64,000 nt of DNA from Hormiphora californensis (GCA_020137815.1 CM035355.1:6820001-6884000); one strand, 5' to 3'; positions 17,043 through 30,278 are shown, numbered from the stretch's first letter. Notes: generated by a model not told the origin, from the sequence alone. Made by a program: numbers and translations.

Positions 17043-19988
17043 ATGTTGTTTGTTAGTCCTCATCTCCCTCGTTCTTGTGGGTTCGGTGACCCCGGCTCCA
17101 ACCACTGATCCAGAATGGGCGCCCACTACAGGACCTGATGTAACTAGTTCATCTCCTGCATCTGACAGTATTTGTGATGAGGTGAGGATTGAATTTTTAG
17201 TTATGTAACCATAGTTACCGCCTGACCGGCTGTGTAACCATAGCAACCACATTTAAAAATCCCCATTGGCTGTTTCTCTAAATGACGCCTTGTTTAGATT
17301 TTGTTTGGATCTGGGACCACTCAATGAAAACTACGGTCAGGATATTGCTCACAGACTTCACAGCATGGACCGTGGAAGATATCAAGTGAGATTTGTATTG
17401 TTTGTAAGGAGTCTTAGAAACCTAGGTTTCTCCCTCTCTCGTCTGGGATTCCCTGTTAGTGCTCTCAAACAAGCCTTGGTTAGAGCAACGGTCAAGGCGA
17501 ATTGTGTTTTCCCTAATTATTGCAGTATATAGCATAAGAAGAATGCAATAAATGAATTTTCCAAATATCCAGGTACTACTTTGGAGTCTCGGTTACCCTT
17601 GACAACGGAATTCCTACGGTCAATACAAACCTGACAGCCAATGCAAAGAGAGTCTTGTCAGATGCTCCAGTTGCCGGATACGATGGAGCCTTCATGACAC
17701 AGGCAATGAAACAACTTGATAAGGTAACAAGCAGAAGTAATTGTAATTCAGAAGTAATTCAGAATCGTGACATTTTTGGTTTGGTTGTTTATCTGGGAAT
17801 CTAAACAGTACCCACGGCATATTCCCGGACCATCCTCGGATTTATGTTGTCCTCATTCCTCATTTTAATTCTTGCACGGTGCTGAAATGAAACATTTTGT
17901 CCTTCAATTCCAGGTACTGAGAAATATGGATGACCCAGACTGGGCTATTGTCAATTACAGTTTGGTCGAGAAGATAACACATAGCTTCCACATGTCTGAA
18001 CTTTGGGCCAGGTACAATATCAATATGACTGTTTACTAGAATAGTTTTACGGTTCAGGCTTGCCTTGCTCCGCCCTGCCTCAACAAAAAAGGTTTTGAAC
18101 AAAACAAGGTTGGGTCTACAAACTCTTTTGTAGTACCTAGCTATAGGTTGAACGCATTATAACCGCTCTAATATCTATGCTATGATTACAGGGCCAAGTC
18201 TCACTACGACATTCTGACACTGAACCCTCTGTCGGATGAAGTCTGTGAGTGTCTAACCTCCTCTGAGTCTGACGTTATCCCTGCCCTTGAGTTACTAGCC
18301 CTGAAAATAAAATTCCCCGGCCTCACCTCCGGAACTCCACCTGCTGCACCACCCGCTGCCGATAAAGGTGAGTTTGACTGTAAGAGAAGGCTTATAAACT
18401 TTATATAGAAACGGGTAAAAAGGAGGTTTTAGTAATTGGACCTAGAGTTGCCTGAATGCTGATCAACTTGCATCCGGATACGCTGCTCATGGTTAGTATA
18501 AGTGTCTTGTAAAATTGTGCCGAATCTGATGTCTTCAAACAGAAATTGAGTGCAAGTTGTCACTGATGTTCAAATCAACGAACGATGAAAAATTTCTTCA
18601 GAGTCTAGAGGGGGTATCGATAACCGTGCCCCGCTTCTTATTGGTTATAGGATGTGGCTCCAACCCTCCGCCCTCCCTATAAAAACCTCATGAACCTCTG
18701 AAACTTTTTTCTGGCAAAGATGAAGATAACGATTATCCATAGATTCTGGATTCAAGTCAAAGGCATACCTTATAGCTTATATAGCGGGTAAATCGAAACC
18801 TATACAACACAGACGGCACCTCCGAAACTTTGACTTTACTGGCAGCGATGAAGATGTCATAAGGTAACTTTAATTTAACAATCTAGTTATCGCTTGATGA
18901 CCACATTTCAATATACTATACTAGTAGGCCCGTTCGCCCTACGGGCGAATTTCGGGGAAATGGTAGCTGGATTAGGGAACGCTGACATCACATGCACCAT
19001 CCGTTCCTAGCCTATCTCTCACTTTTTCCCTACCCATGTTGTACTGTACGCTCTGGGCTTCCTGACAATGTCAAGGTGCGAATTTAAGAGATCAATGTCA
19101 TGGAGGTGCAGTGCTGTTCCAGAAACTCATCACGTGAAAACTTCGCCGCTATGTAGCCGATTCGGAGATTTCTGTGTTCGACTGGAGTGATCACCCTTGG
19201 GCGACGTTGGGTAAAGCTATCCGTAGTCGTTGTCCGTTGATTGGCTCGCTTGAACACGTTGGCGTAATCTGTCATATTCTCTAGCCTGCTCTCTGACAGC
19301 AGCAGATCTTCCGGACCCAGATGACTGTTGCCGAATAGCGCTTGGGGTGGAAGAGCTAGACATCAGGACAGAAGTAAAAGAAGGCACGTGCAGAATTGAA
19401 TTGGCCCTTGGTACCCAAAACTGCAACTGGGAGTGAGGTTTCTAAGTTGCTCTAATAATTGCACGTGCAAGTGTAGTTGCTAGGTGACATGTGTCACACA
19501 ATTTGCTTAGTAAGTAGTATGATTCTAGTAGGTTGGTATCGAAGACACCTCACACTCTGTTTCGCGTGCCGGCAAGGGAGGGGTAACTTCGTTACCAATC
19601 TATTAGGGTAGTTCGGCAGTTCAACGGAATATAAAATGAATCCCTAACAATTTACTGAAGATGATATAGACGTGACGTTAAATTCCCCCACCAGGAAAGC
19701 ACAAGAGGAGCTAGTGGACGGAGATGAGGGCCTTGAAGAACATCTTGACAGTGAAGAGGGCTGGAACACTTGGAGAGAAGGTAACATTCACCTAGACTCC
19801 CATTCATCAAAACAGAATTATCATCATGATTCATGATGTGTCCAAAATGTGTGAAAGGTCCAAAAAACACACCAACTAATATCATATTTAATTGTGTTGT
19901 TCTAAATCTATTTTTTGCAGGATTCAAGAATATGGATGACTTTGGAAACTATCAGTTTGCTGCCTACATGCACTGTAAACTAGGATAA
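17043..19988 (+). CDS. Uncharacterised secreted protein, paralog B (8 exons; three +1 indels in exons 1-2, either sequencing error or pseudogenisation)
   Basis: Colinear near-copy of paralog C with the same splice sites (…ICDE|, …EDIK|, …LDK|, …ELWAR|, …ADK|, …DVIR|, …WRE|G, …MHCKLG*). Extra bases at GTTAGTCCTC, TCTGGGACC and ATGGACC relative to C. Confidence 0.75.
18921..19522 (-). mobile_element. Non-autonomous Helitron (~600 bp) in intron 6 of paralog B
   Basis: On the minus strand it starts TCATACTACTTAC and ends with the hairpin GCCCGT-AGGGCGA-ACGGGC followed by CTACTAG. It is inserted between A and T with no TSD and is absent from the equivalent intron of paralog C. Confidence 0.8.
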
Positions 19989-20446
19989 GAACTTGCTTTG
20001 TTTAAACACGGTGAAACAGGGTGGAGCAATGCAAATAAGAACCAGGGAGAAAGAAGTAGTTAGAAAAGGGACATTAATAAAAAATATAAAATCTAGTATT
20101 GACATTTAGTTTTCTTCTTATTCATTTATAAGTCTTTATGCTCAATAGAGTATGAGTAATTCAAATGGTCCAGTGTACTATGAATATTGACTCCCTTTAC
20201 TTTTATATGAGCTTTGTGTTCGCCATGTATATGCATTGTAAACTCAAGGACTTTTAGGCGACAGAAAAATACAGCGGGATTTGTAAAGAAAGTGTGACAT
20301 TTTTAGTTTATTACGTTAAAGAATATACAATGTTTTTTTGAAAATTTAACGATTAATTAAGCTTTACTTCAGTGAAACCGCCTAACTCATTATTTGTATG
20401 AGGGGGAAGATAATTAGATCTAGTAAATCTGGCGAGATAAGACATC

Positions 20447-20554
20447 ATGAACCGACCGAATCAGGAAATACTGGTCCCTGATTGGCTGATAACCAGCTAC
20501 GTGACCTAAATAACGAGCTCTGATTGGTTGTTTACTTGGTCCGGTCGATTCCGA
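20447..20554. mobile_element. ~105-bp MITE (GAACCGACCGAATCAGG...CCGGTCGATTCC)
   Basis: Imperfect TIRs. Present upstream of paralog C and absent at the equivalent site upstream of B. From memory (unverified), its conceptual translation NRPNQEILVPDWLITS recurs in Pleurobrachia gene models. Confidence 0.7.
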
Positions 20555-20701
20555 TGAATCAATACTCGCAAATCTGGCTAAATTCTGCGTTAAATCGAGT
20601 CATTTCGCTGATAACACAAGTCACAACCTGATAAGAATTAACTAAATCTCTCCCCCCCCCATAAAAAGCAGCACCGGGAACACCATCACATTATTCGTAG
20701 A

Positions 20702-23142
20702 ATGCTGTTTGTAAGCCTCATCTCCCTCGCTCTTGTGGGTTCGGTGACCCCAACTCCAACTACCGATCCAGAATGGGTACCCACTACAGGACCTGATGTA
20801 ACTAGTTCCTCTCCTATAACTAGTTCCTCTCCTGACAGTATTTGTGATGAGGTGAGGATTGAGGGTTTAGATGGTAACCGGTTGGGTAACCATAGTTACC
20901 GCCTGACCGGTTGTGTAATCACTGGTTACTAAGTAGTAACGGGTAACCATAGCTCTGTTGTAATGATATGGACAATTGAGACTCGTTGAATTTCAGGATC
21001 AATAATTACGGGAATTTTCGCTGTACAATAGCATCATCAGCTCAAATTAATTTGTTTAAAGTAGTGTTGAAAAGTTTGTAACTTTTCCCGTAATTATTGA
21101 TCCTGAAATCCAACGAGTCTCAATTGTCCATATCATTACAACAGAATTATATCATCATGAGACTCATATCAAGCTGGACAACCAAACAATTGGTAACCAT
21201 AGCAACCACATTTTTTGTTTCTGCTCCTCTAAATGACGCCTTGTTTAGATTTTGTTTCGATCTGGACCACTCAATGAAAACTACGGTCAGGACATTGCTC
21301 ACAGACTTCACAGCATGACCGTGGAAGATATCAAGTGAGTTTTTTATTGCTTGTAAGGAGTCTTAGAAACCTAGTGGCTAGTTTCTCCCTCTCCCATCTC
21401 GGATTCTCTGTTAGTGCTCTCAAACAAGCCTTGGTTAGAGCAACAGTCAAGGAGAATTGTGTTTTCCCTAATTATTGCAGTATATAGCATAAGAAGAATG
21501 CAATAAATGAATTTTCCAGGTACTACTTTGGAGTCTCGGTTACCCTTGACAACGGAATTCCCACGGTCAATACAAACATGACAGCCAATGCAAAGAGAGT
21601 CTTGTCAGATGCCCCAGTTGCTGGATACGATGAGGCCTTCATGACACAGGCAATGAAACAACTTGATAAGGTAACAAGTAGGTGTATTGACAGTTTTTAT
21701 CAGAATCTTGTACGATGTAAGAGATGTTTGGTTTGGTTTGGTTGTTCATCTGGGAATATAATTAGGTACCCACAGCATATTAATTATTTCCGGACCATCC
21801 TTTTCTAACCATATTTATGTTGTCCTTATTATACTCTTGCACGGTGTTTAAGACATTTTGTCCTTCCAGGTACTGAGAAATATGGATGATCCAGACTGGG
21901 CTATTGTCAATTACAGCTTGGTCGAGAAGATAACACACAGCTTCCACATGTCAGAACTTTGGGCCAGGTATAATACCAATTTGTACAATAGTTCTACTGT
22001 TTGGGCTACAAATACTACCAAATCCTCCCAGAAATAAATACAGTGTGAGCAACACATCAAATTCGAAACTGATCTTGTGCAGTTACTATAAAATATCAGT
22101 TTTAAATTTGATGTGTTGCTCACACCGTATTTATTTCTGTACTTAGCTCTAATATATCTATGCTATGATTACAGGGCCAAGTCTCACTACGAGATTCTGA
22201 CACTGAACCCTCTGTCGGGTGAGGTCTGTGAGTGTTTAACCTCCTCTGAATCGGACGTTATCCCTGCCCTTGAGCTGCTAGCCCTGAAGATAAAATTCCC
22301 CGGCCTCACCTCCGGAACTCCACCCGCTGCACCACCCCCCGCCGCTGCCGATAAAGGTGAGTTCAACTGTTCGATAGCCGAGTACTGAATTTGGTGCTAA
22401 ACTAAACTAGAAGACAGCTCGTTTATATCTAAATTGAGAGTTGTCACAACTCCATCCTACGCCCTCCCTAGAAAAAGCTCATGACCATCTGAAACTTTTT
22501 TTCTGGCAAAGATGAAGATGATGATTATCCACAGATTCTGGATACAAGTCAAAGGCAGCTGCATACCGTATAGCTTACGATCTAAGTGCGGGTAAATCGA
22601 AATCTATACAACACAGACGGCACCTCCGAAACTTTAACTTTTGTGGCAACGATAGAGATGTCATAAGGTAACTTTAATTTAATAATCTTGATGACCAAGA
22701 CCTGTTTCGCGTGCCGGCAAGGGAGGGGTAACTTCGTTACCAATCTATTAGGGTAGTTCGGCAGTTCAACGGAATATAAAATGAATCCTTCTTAAACTAA
22801 AAAATTTACCGGAGATAATATAGACGTGACGTTAAATTCCCCCACCAGGAAAGCACAAGAAGAGCTGGTGGACGGAGATGAGGGCCTTGAAGAACATCTT
22901 GACAGTGAAGAGGGCTGGAACACTTGGAGAGAAGGTAATATTCACCTAGACTCCCATTCATCAAAACAGAATTATCATTATCATAAGATTGTGCCCGACT
23001 ATGTAAAAGGCCCAAAAAACACACCAACTAATATTATATTTAATTTTGTTGTTCTAAATCTGTTTCTTTTGCAGGATTCAAGAATATGGATGACTTTGGA
23101 AACTATCAGTTTGCTGCCTATATGCACTGTAGACTGAGATAA
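20702..23142 (+). CDS. Uncharacterised secreted protein, paralog C (8 exons, intact)
   Basis: Exons 20702-20851, 21249-21334, 21520-21670, 21870-21967, 22175-22356, 22535-22667, 22849-22934, 23075-23142. All introns are GT-AG and phases are consistent. Signal peptide MLFVSLISLALVGSVT, a Thr/Pro linker, then IAHRLHSMTVEDIKYYFG...ITHSFHMSELW...VCEC...YMHCRLR*. Confidence 0.9.
20955..21144. mobile_element. ~190-bp MITE with ~60-bp TIRs in intron 1 of paralog C
   Basis: CTGTTGTAATGATATGGACAATTGAGACTCG...TTACGGGAA is inverted at ~21085-21144. Absent from intron 1 of paralog B. Confidence 0.8.
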
Positions 23143-25951
23143 GAACTTGTTTTGTTTAAACACGGTGAAACAAGGTGGAGCAAATTATAAGTATAAAAAG
23201 TAGTACATACTTTAAAACATACATACTTTAAAAACATACTTTAAAACGTACTTTAAAACGAGTTAGAAAAGAGACATTCATAAGATATAATATTCAGTAT
23301 TGACATTTAGTTTTCTTCTTGTTCTTCTTATTCATTTATACAGTGGTTTAAATGTCCAATAGAATATGAACAATTCAATTGGTCCAGTGTACTATGACAC
23401 TGTATGAATATTGACTACCTTTTCTTTTATGAGCTTTGTGTGTTTATTATGGAACCTCTATACGTCGCCATTTGGATGACAAAGGTCCTGGCGCCATATT
23501 CATGATATTGAGAACAAGGGGGCATTGCATCTATTGGACGACCTAATCACTGCTAAACCTTTTTTCCCCTCCTAAAACCCCCTTGTCATCAATTTTTTGG
23601 GATAGCCCAAAAATTTATGCCCCCCCCCCCCCCCTTTTTTTTCCCTCATATATCAACCCGAAAATTTTTTCCCCCATCTCTTTTTTTTAACTTTAAAAGA
23701 TGATAGGAAACGTTTTAAAAATTTCCCCCAAATTTCGAAAACCATTAAAATCCGTCACTACCCTACCCAACTTTCCAAAAACACGTTTCAGACCGACAAA
23801 TGATTATATTCCCAAAACCCGCATTTAAACACACACCCACACAGTTCACCTCTAATTAGGTTCACTCTCTCTCTCCCTTTTTGGGGGGGAGTTTAGAGGA
23901 GGGAGAGGGGAAAGAGAGAGGGGGAGAAGAGAGGAAGAAGAGAGGGGAGAGAGAGAGAAGAGTGGGTAGAGGAAATTTGAGAAAAAGAGGAGAAGAGAGG
24001 AGAGAGAGAAAGAGAAAAAGGGGAGAGGGGAGAGGGGGAAAGAAAAAGGCTAGGAGCGGGAGTTTATTTTCCCCAGTCCCTGCAGAATGACATAAAAGGT
24101 TTTAACACTCCCTTTTTCATACCTCCCCCCCAAAACCCCCTAATATTTCCCGTTGTTGGGCAATGGGGGGGGGGGCCCCCAGGGGTATTCCTTAAATAAA
24201 GACATTACCCCCCCATTGGTGGGGGGCCCCGTGGGGGAAATTCGTTAAACCAGGGTATTCCGTAACCAAAGGGTAATTCCCTGTTTTAGAGTTTTGACCC
24301 CCCAAAAGAGTGGGGGCTTCTTAGGTTTGAACAGGGTGGTTCCCTTTAGTTTTTTTAAAATTGTGAAAAAGGGGAGTGCCGATTCCCCCCATAGAGATTA
24401 TAATAGATATTAGAAAGATAGATATTAGAGGGGATAGATATTAGAGAGAGAGAGGGGGAGGGAGAAGAGGGGAGAAGAGATAAAAAAAAGGGGGAATAAA
24501 AAAAAGATAAAAGGGGGAGGGGAAAAGAGGGGAGAGAGAAGAGAGAGAGGAGAGAGCGGCAAAAAAAAAAAGGTGTGAATGCGACTTCTACTTTCCCGGG
24601 TTTGTCTCCCCCAAAAAATTCGTTTTTCTTCAATTGTTCCCCCACATTGAAAAGCCCCAAATGAGCCCCCCACGAAAATACCTTTGATGATGACACTTTG
24701 ATGATGGTAAACTACGCTTTCCTTGAAAATTATGACAGGCGAAAGATCTAAATTCGGCCAGTATTGTGATAATATGTATTGAAATCAGACATAAAATGTA
24801 TCCGACAGGAACATGATACTAGCGTAAATCTAGAATTCGAGATCGGACAGAGAGTGAGGTCAAAATATGACTTTTAAATCACATTTTGGAGAGGATTTGT
24901 GACGGAATTTAATACCCTGTAAACCTTGGGAAGTTGTAACTTGTAAGAAAAGAAATTTCAGCAAAGGCCAGACAGACCAGGGCTTGTAAAAAGACAGTAA
25001 AAACGGGTTTGTTTCTATGTTTTTTGCAATCTGAGCCAGTAATGATAGTAACCAACACACTCCCCCGGTGCATATGTCGTATGAGTGTAGACATTTACAG
25101 AGTGTGTCAAAATGGCGAGAGATAGCGGGGAGATGAAGTCTGGAGAGAGGGGATGAAGACCAAAAAGGTAGGAAATTGGTACGGAAAAAGTGAGAAAGAG
25201 AGGAAATTTTAAAAGGGAGGGAGTGATATTAACAGGCAAGGGGAGAAGAAAATAAGGAATGGGGGGGGGTGAAGAAGACATTTAAATGTTAAAGACTCTG
25301 ACATTTTTTGGAGGAATCCCAATCCCAATTAACCATTGAATGTTACTTTGCTAACTGCATATCACAGCAACCCAAAACATGTTCGATACTGCTACAATGT
25401 AGTGTTTGGAGTGGGTGTGACACCAGGTAGTGGAGGAGAAGTGGAAATACTAAAATAGTGGAAACCGTAAAACCTCTGTTTTACACACACACACATGTGT
25501 CAACCTGGTTATTGTGGAAAACACAAACTGACAGACACACAAACACACCTGCATATCATTCGGCGAGGAATAGGTTTGAGATCTTGCGAGGTTTATCCTT
25601 AGCCCCCCACCCTTCTAGCGATCACAAGCCACCATTGTTCTGCTCTTCTCCAGCTCTTCTCTATATTGTCGATTTTGTACTATTCGTTCTTTTCTTTCTT
25701 TCTCTCTCTCTCCCAGTGCAATTTGTATAAGAATAAGACAATGATTATCATTAGCTAATCGCTTTCTGCAGTAGCCCACGACAGCTGCTCCCTCCTCTAA
25801 CTATGACATTTCTATCTTTCTATCTTATTTCCTCCCCTTCCTCTCAGTTACTTCCCCAGCATGTGTTCCTGCCCCTGAGGGGGATGAACACGTGTCCCGG
25901 TCCAACTTATCGGTTACCATGGCTACTTGCAAGAGAGGGAGGGAGAGAGAG

Positions 25952-26009
<58 letters not shown>

Positions 26010-26027
26010 GAAGAGAGAGAGAGGAGC

Positions 26028-26114
<87 letters not shown>

Positions 26115-26369
26115 CAGAGAGAGAGATCATTGTGTAGTAATTATAATGATCACTGCTGAAGCAGTACCATGAGAAAATGAGTGATTTAGAGACGATAAAA
26201 TAGAAAATGAAGCCAAGAAACTTTGATCGGCCGAGATAATGAAGAAAGTTCTGTAACATGATTCAAATTTTACCATCCTTTTGACACCCGGATTCACTAC
26301 ATCCAATTAGGCCATATTGGGCAATATTACCTCCAGCTATTTCCTGGCACTCCCCAGCAAGTGCGTGTG

Positions 26370-26415
<46 letters not shown>

Positions 26416-27210
26416 GATAGAGAGAGACAGAGAGAGAGGAAGGGAGAGAACTACATTTTATATCTTTACACATGTGTTGTTGATTGCAAACTGACCACAT
26501 GGAATGTAAAAGAGGGGGGAAGTCGAGTCTTTTAGGGGCCTCCCTTTGACCCATCTCGCACCCTCCCTCACTCTCTTTTTCTCTCACAAAGTTCCCTCAT
26601 CACAAAGTTCGTCTCGCTCACCCCCCCCCCCCCGGCATCTCTATCTCGGACTCGTCATCACAACATTGAAACCTTTCATACAAGTGTCTCGTTCCTCTAT
26701 CTCTCTCTCTCTCTCCCGCTCTATCTCCCTTGAATATCTCTCACACGGTGGGTTCATAGGTGCGTGGGAAAAAGTACTGATATAAATATGTGCGGGAGGA
26801 GGATGAGTGTAAAATATAAATTATGTGTCAGCAGTGAATTTATACGACGGCACCCCGGCCATGTTTCAGATTTGTACTGATTTTTAAGTCCATTTTTTGC
26901 AACTGTTCACCCCAAACTCGTGCATGTGTGATAAATTTATATTTTTTGATGTGTGCACCACACGTTAACATGTGATAGGAGCACAAAAAATCCGTGCACG
27001 AAAAGGGATGAACAATTGTAAAAGGGGTGAACAATTGAGAAAAAAAATTATCCAGCCCTCAACACCAGAGAGTTAGTCGCTGCACTAACTAGCTCTAGAA
27101 CACTGGACCGTCAAAAGTACGTTAAATGTGTGTGGGTCTTACACTCGCACACTCCCTTCTCTGCAGTAAGGGTTAGCAGCTCCTGTTTAAGTACTTAGCT
27201 AAAGTGAGAG

Positions 27211-27258
<48 letters not shown>

Positions 27259-27453
27259 AGGGGGAGGTGTTACCCTAGCTCTCTTCCCTCGCACAATAAG
27301 ATCTTAGCGGGGGAGGGCTACACGGAAATGGCACGCTCAACAATTACACACCACATATACTACTACTGCACTTGCACTCCCTTTTTCTCTCTCACTCTAT
27401 CTCTATCTCTTTCTCTTCTCTAACTCATCTTAATTTCTCTCTTTTTTTCTTAC

Positions 27454-27892
27454 CGTGACTTGACTCCAAGGAGATCAGGCGACTCGTCAAGTTTATCAGA
27501 AACCTAAAGATAGACACAAAATTGTAAATGAACCAACATTGGAGTATTTGTCTTGACCCAAAATCAATATCAATTTGAAACAAGTGAGTGACAAACTTGT
27601 AAACTAGATATGTATAATGAAACCAGCACTTTGAAAATACATGGTACATACACAGTACGTATTAGTAAATAAAAAGAGATATCCAAAATGTGTAAATCTA
27701 TAAAATGTGTATGGAAATTATATCCATGATAATGACATACCCAGATGCGCTGACAGGATATTTCCCGACGTACTGCCAGAAATTGATAACTTCTAGAGGA
27801 TAACCGGCCCTGGGTTGAATGTTAAGGAAGCCACTGTTATCAAGAAACTTTGCCATGACATAGCAAACATTCGCCTCCTCCTCTCCAGGCAT
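27454..27892 (-). CDS. Candidate 5' exons of an unidentified minus-strand gene (probably continuing toward ~24.9 kb)
   Basis: ATG at 27892 (MPGEEEANVCYVMAKFLDNSGFLNIQPRAGYPLEVINFWQYVGKYPVSASG|GTATG) splices in phase to ~27503-27454 (FLINLTSRLISLESSH|GTAAG). Downstream sequence has (CT)n on this strand. No homology recognised. Confidence 0.35.
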
Positions 27893-28589
27893 TTCCGCAG
27901 AGGGAAGCTAAAGTTGAAAAATAATTGGTCCCAAGGCAAAGTAACAATTACAAAACTATCTCTACGGATAAATAGTAACTATAACTGTAAGTAATCATAG
28001 CACTGGCAAGTGCCCCGGGCCCAAAAGGGGGGTGTGGGGGCACAGCCCCCACCATAAACGGGGGTGTGGGGGCAGAGCCCCCACCTTAGAAATACCCTCT
28101 AACTCAAAAAACAAAAGAGAGAGCACACGCAACACTTCTACACACAAGCGCGTGAAAACCTGCCAGTGCTACTATATACCATTGCAGATTTCGGGGTTTT
28201 TGATGCTTTAAAAAAGCATGTTCCAGATGAAGTAGAGAGCTGAAATTTTGTACTCTGAGGGCCCTCATATAGGAGAAGAGGCATGCAAATTTTCAGAACG
28301 ATCGGATGTAAGATAAAAATTTGCCAGAGGGGTCCCAAAATGCAAAAATGTAAGGAGGGGGAGGGGAGGGGAGGAGGACGCTTTTTTATCTTTGAGTGTT
28401 CTCCTAAACCACAAATAGTAGAGACTTGCCGTTTGGAACAGTGGTTCCTTACATCATTGCGCTCGGTAATAGCTTTGTGAGAACTTCGAAATCGCCATAG
28501 TTCATTAATTATTCATTAATTAGTCATTAAATATTCATTTAAAACATGGTCGCGATATGACACGACTTGAAGGTCATAGAATCTTGAAA

Positions 28590-29185
28590 CCGGTCTTATT
28601 CGACGCGGAATCATCGATTTATGGGGGGTCTTACTCGGGACAAAAATCTCTATCTCACACCGTTAAGCCGTTATTTGCATATTTATGCACCTATTCACGA
28701 TTTTATGCATATTTTCAATATATTCACTTCGGCTGGTCCTAGAACGTTTTCATGGACATATTTCGACGCAAAATAGTCGATTTATGGGGGGTCGTCTCCC
28801 GGAAAAAAAGTCGTATCTTGCACCGTTAAGCCGTTATTTGCATATTTATGCACCGATTCATGATTTAATGCATATTCTGAATATTTCCAGTTCGGCTGAT
28901 CCTAGAACGTTTTCATGGACATATTTCGACGCAAAATAGTCGATTTATGGGGGGTCTTACTCGGGACAAAAATCTCTATCTCGCACCGTTAAGCCGTTAT
29001 TTGCATATTTATGCACCGATTCATGATTTAATGCATATTCTTAATATTTCCACTTCGGCTGGTCCTAGAACGTTTTCATGGACATATTCCGGCGCAGAAT
29101 AGTCGATTTATGGGCGGTCGTCCCCTTGACAAAAAGTCGTATCTCTCACCGTTTAGTCGTTATTCGCATATATTTATGAACTATT
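28590..29185. repeat. 163-bp tandem repeat, ~3.5 units
   Basis: CGATTTATGGG recurs at 28615, 28778, 28941 and 29104. Confidence 0.92.
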
Positions 29186-29251
29186 CAAGTTCGAAAATAT
29201 GCAGAACTCAGAAAAAATAGCTTTTTCTATTTAACACCAAAAAGAATAGAA

Positions 29252-29655
29252 ATTAAGTCCAAAAACCAATTAAATAAATTAGTTTGGATGCCCGGGCCCA
29301 TGTGGTGTCACGGGGGTAACACCTTTAGGCTACTGTCATAAATGATGGATATCGAGAGAGATAAAGGCAAAAGAAATTAGGATAGAAAGAGTGAGATATA
29401 ATCAAGAGAGACGGAGAGATAAATAAGAGGAGAGAGAAAAAAGAGAGATATAGTGAAAGAAACAGTGAGAGAAATAGTGTGAGAGAGAGAGAGTGAGAGA
29501 GAGAGATAGATAGAGATAGAAAGATTGAAGGATAACAATTAACAATTAACGAGATATGCCGTTAATTATGGCAGTAGCCTAAAGGTGTTACCCCCGTGAC
29601 ACCACATGGGCCCGGGCATCCAAACTAATTTATTTAATTGGTTTTTGGACTTAAT
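29252..29655. mobile_element. Inverted-repeat element (~90-bp arms) with an AG-rich spacer
   Basis: ATTAAGTCCAAAAACC...GGCTACTGTCATAA (29252-~29341) is inverted at ~29565-29655. Confidence 0.75.
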
Positions 29656-30097
29656 AGTTTATACATTTAATTTAACAAAAAGATGTCAACACACTCCTAG
29701 ACAGTTCACTTTAAGTTTAAGTTTAAGTTTAATCACTATTTATCACAAAGTCAATATAAATATATTAAAACCTTGTCCCGCTCTTACACCAAACATATTT
29801 AATATAAATAGATATAAAAAATAAGCTACAAGGCTGATGTGAAAGCACCAGCGGTTACCTAAAGCGGGTTAAGCTAGTTCACGATACAATGAGGCAGATA
29901 ACATCAGCATAAACTGCACAATTAAATAACTGAGATACAACGGCTTTCTCAAATCTCAAGTGGAATGTGGATAGTGATTAATTGCAGGAGTTTTAGGAGT
30001 CCAAATTTGAGTATCAACCAACAACCACAAGTATCGAGTTAACTAGTTAATTAATCAATTTACCGCTAAGAAGTTAGGAATCTGAAGCCAGAAACAA

Positions 30098-30244
30098 ATG
30101 AGGCCCCTCGGAAATGTTCAAGTCATGCACAATCAAGTCACGCCCACCAATCACAGCTCAGAACGCGCGAAGCACTCCGCGCGTTCTGAGCTGTGATTGG
30201 TGGGCGTGACTTGATTGTGCATGACTTGAACCGAGGGGCCTCAT
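30098..30244. mobile_element. ~147-bp near-perfect palindromic MITE
   Basis: ATGAGGCCCCTCGG...CAGAACGCGCG / CGCGCGTTCTG...CCGAGGGGCCTCAT. Confidence 0.8.
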
Positions 30245-30278
30245 AACAATCAGGAAAGTAAAAAGTCAAAACAAACAA

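Noticed and set aside
14249-17390. Programmed frameshifting or definite pseudogene status for paralogs A and B
   Set aside because: The indels are single bases in short runs within an error-prone assembly, and downstream exons are intact. Consensus error is the simpler explanation until reads are checked.
23550-24690. Homopolymer-rich block
   Set aside because: Same low-quality signature, and no reliable feature can be read.
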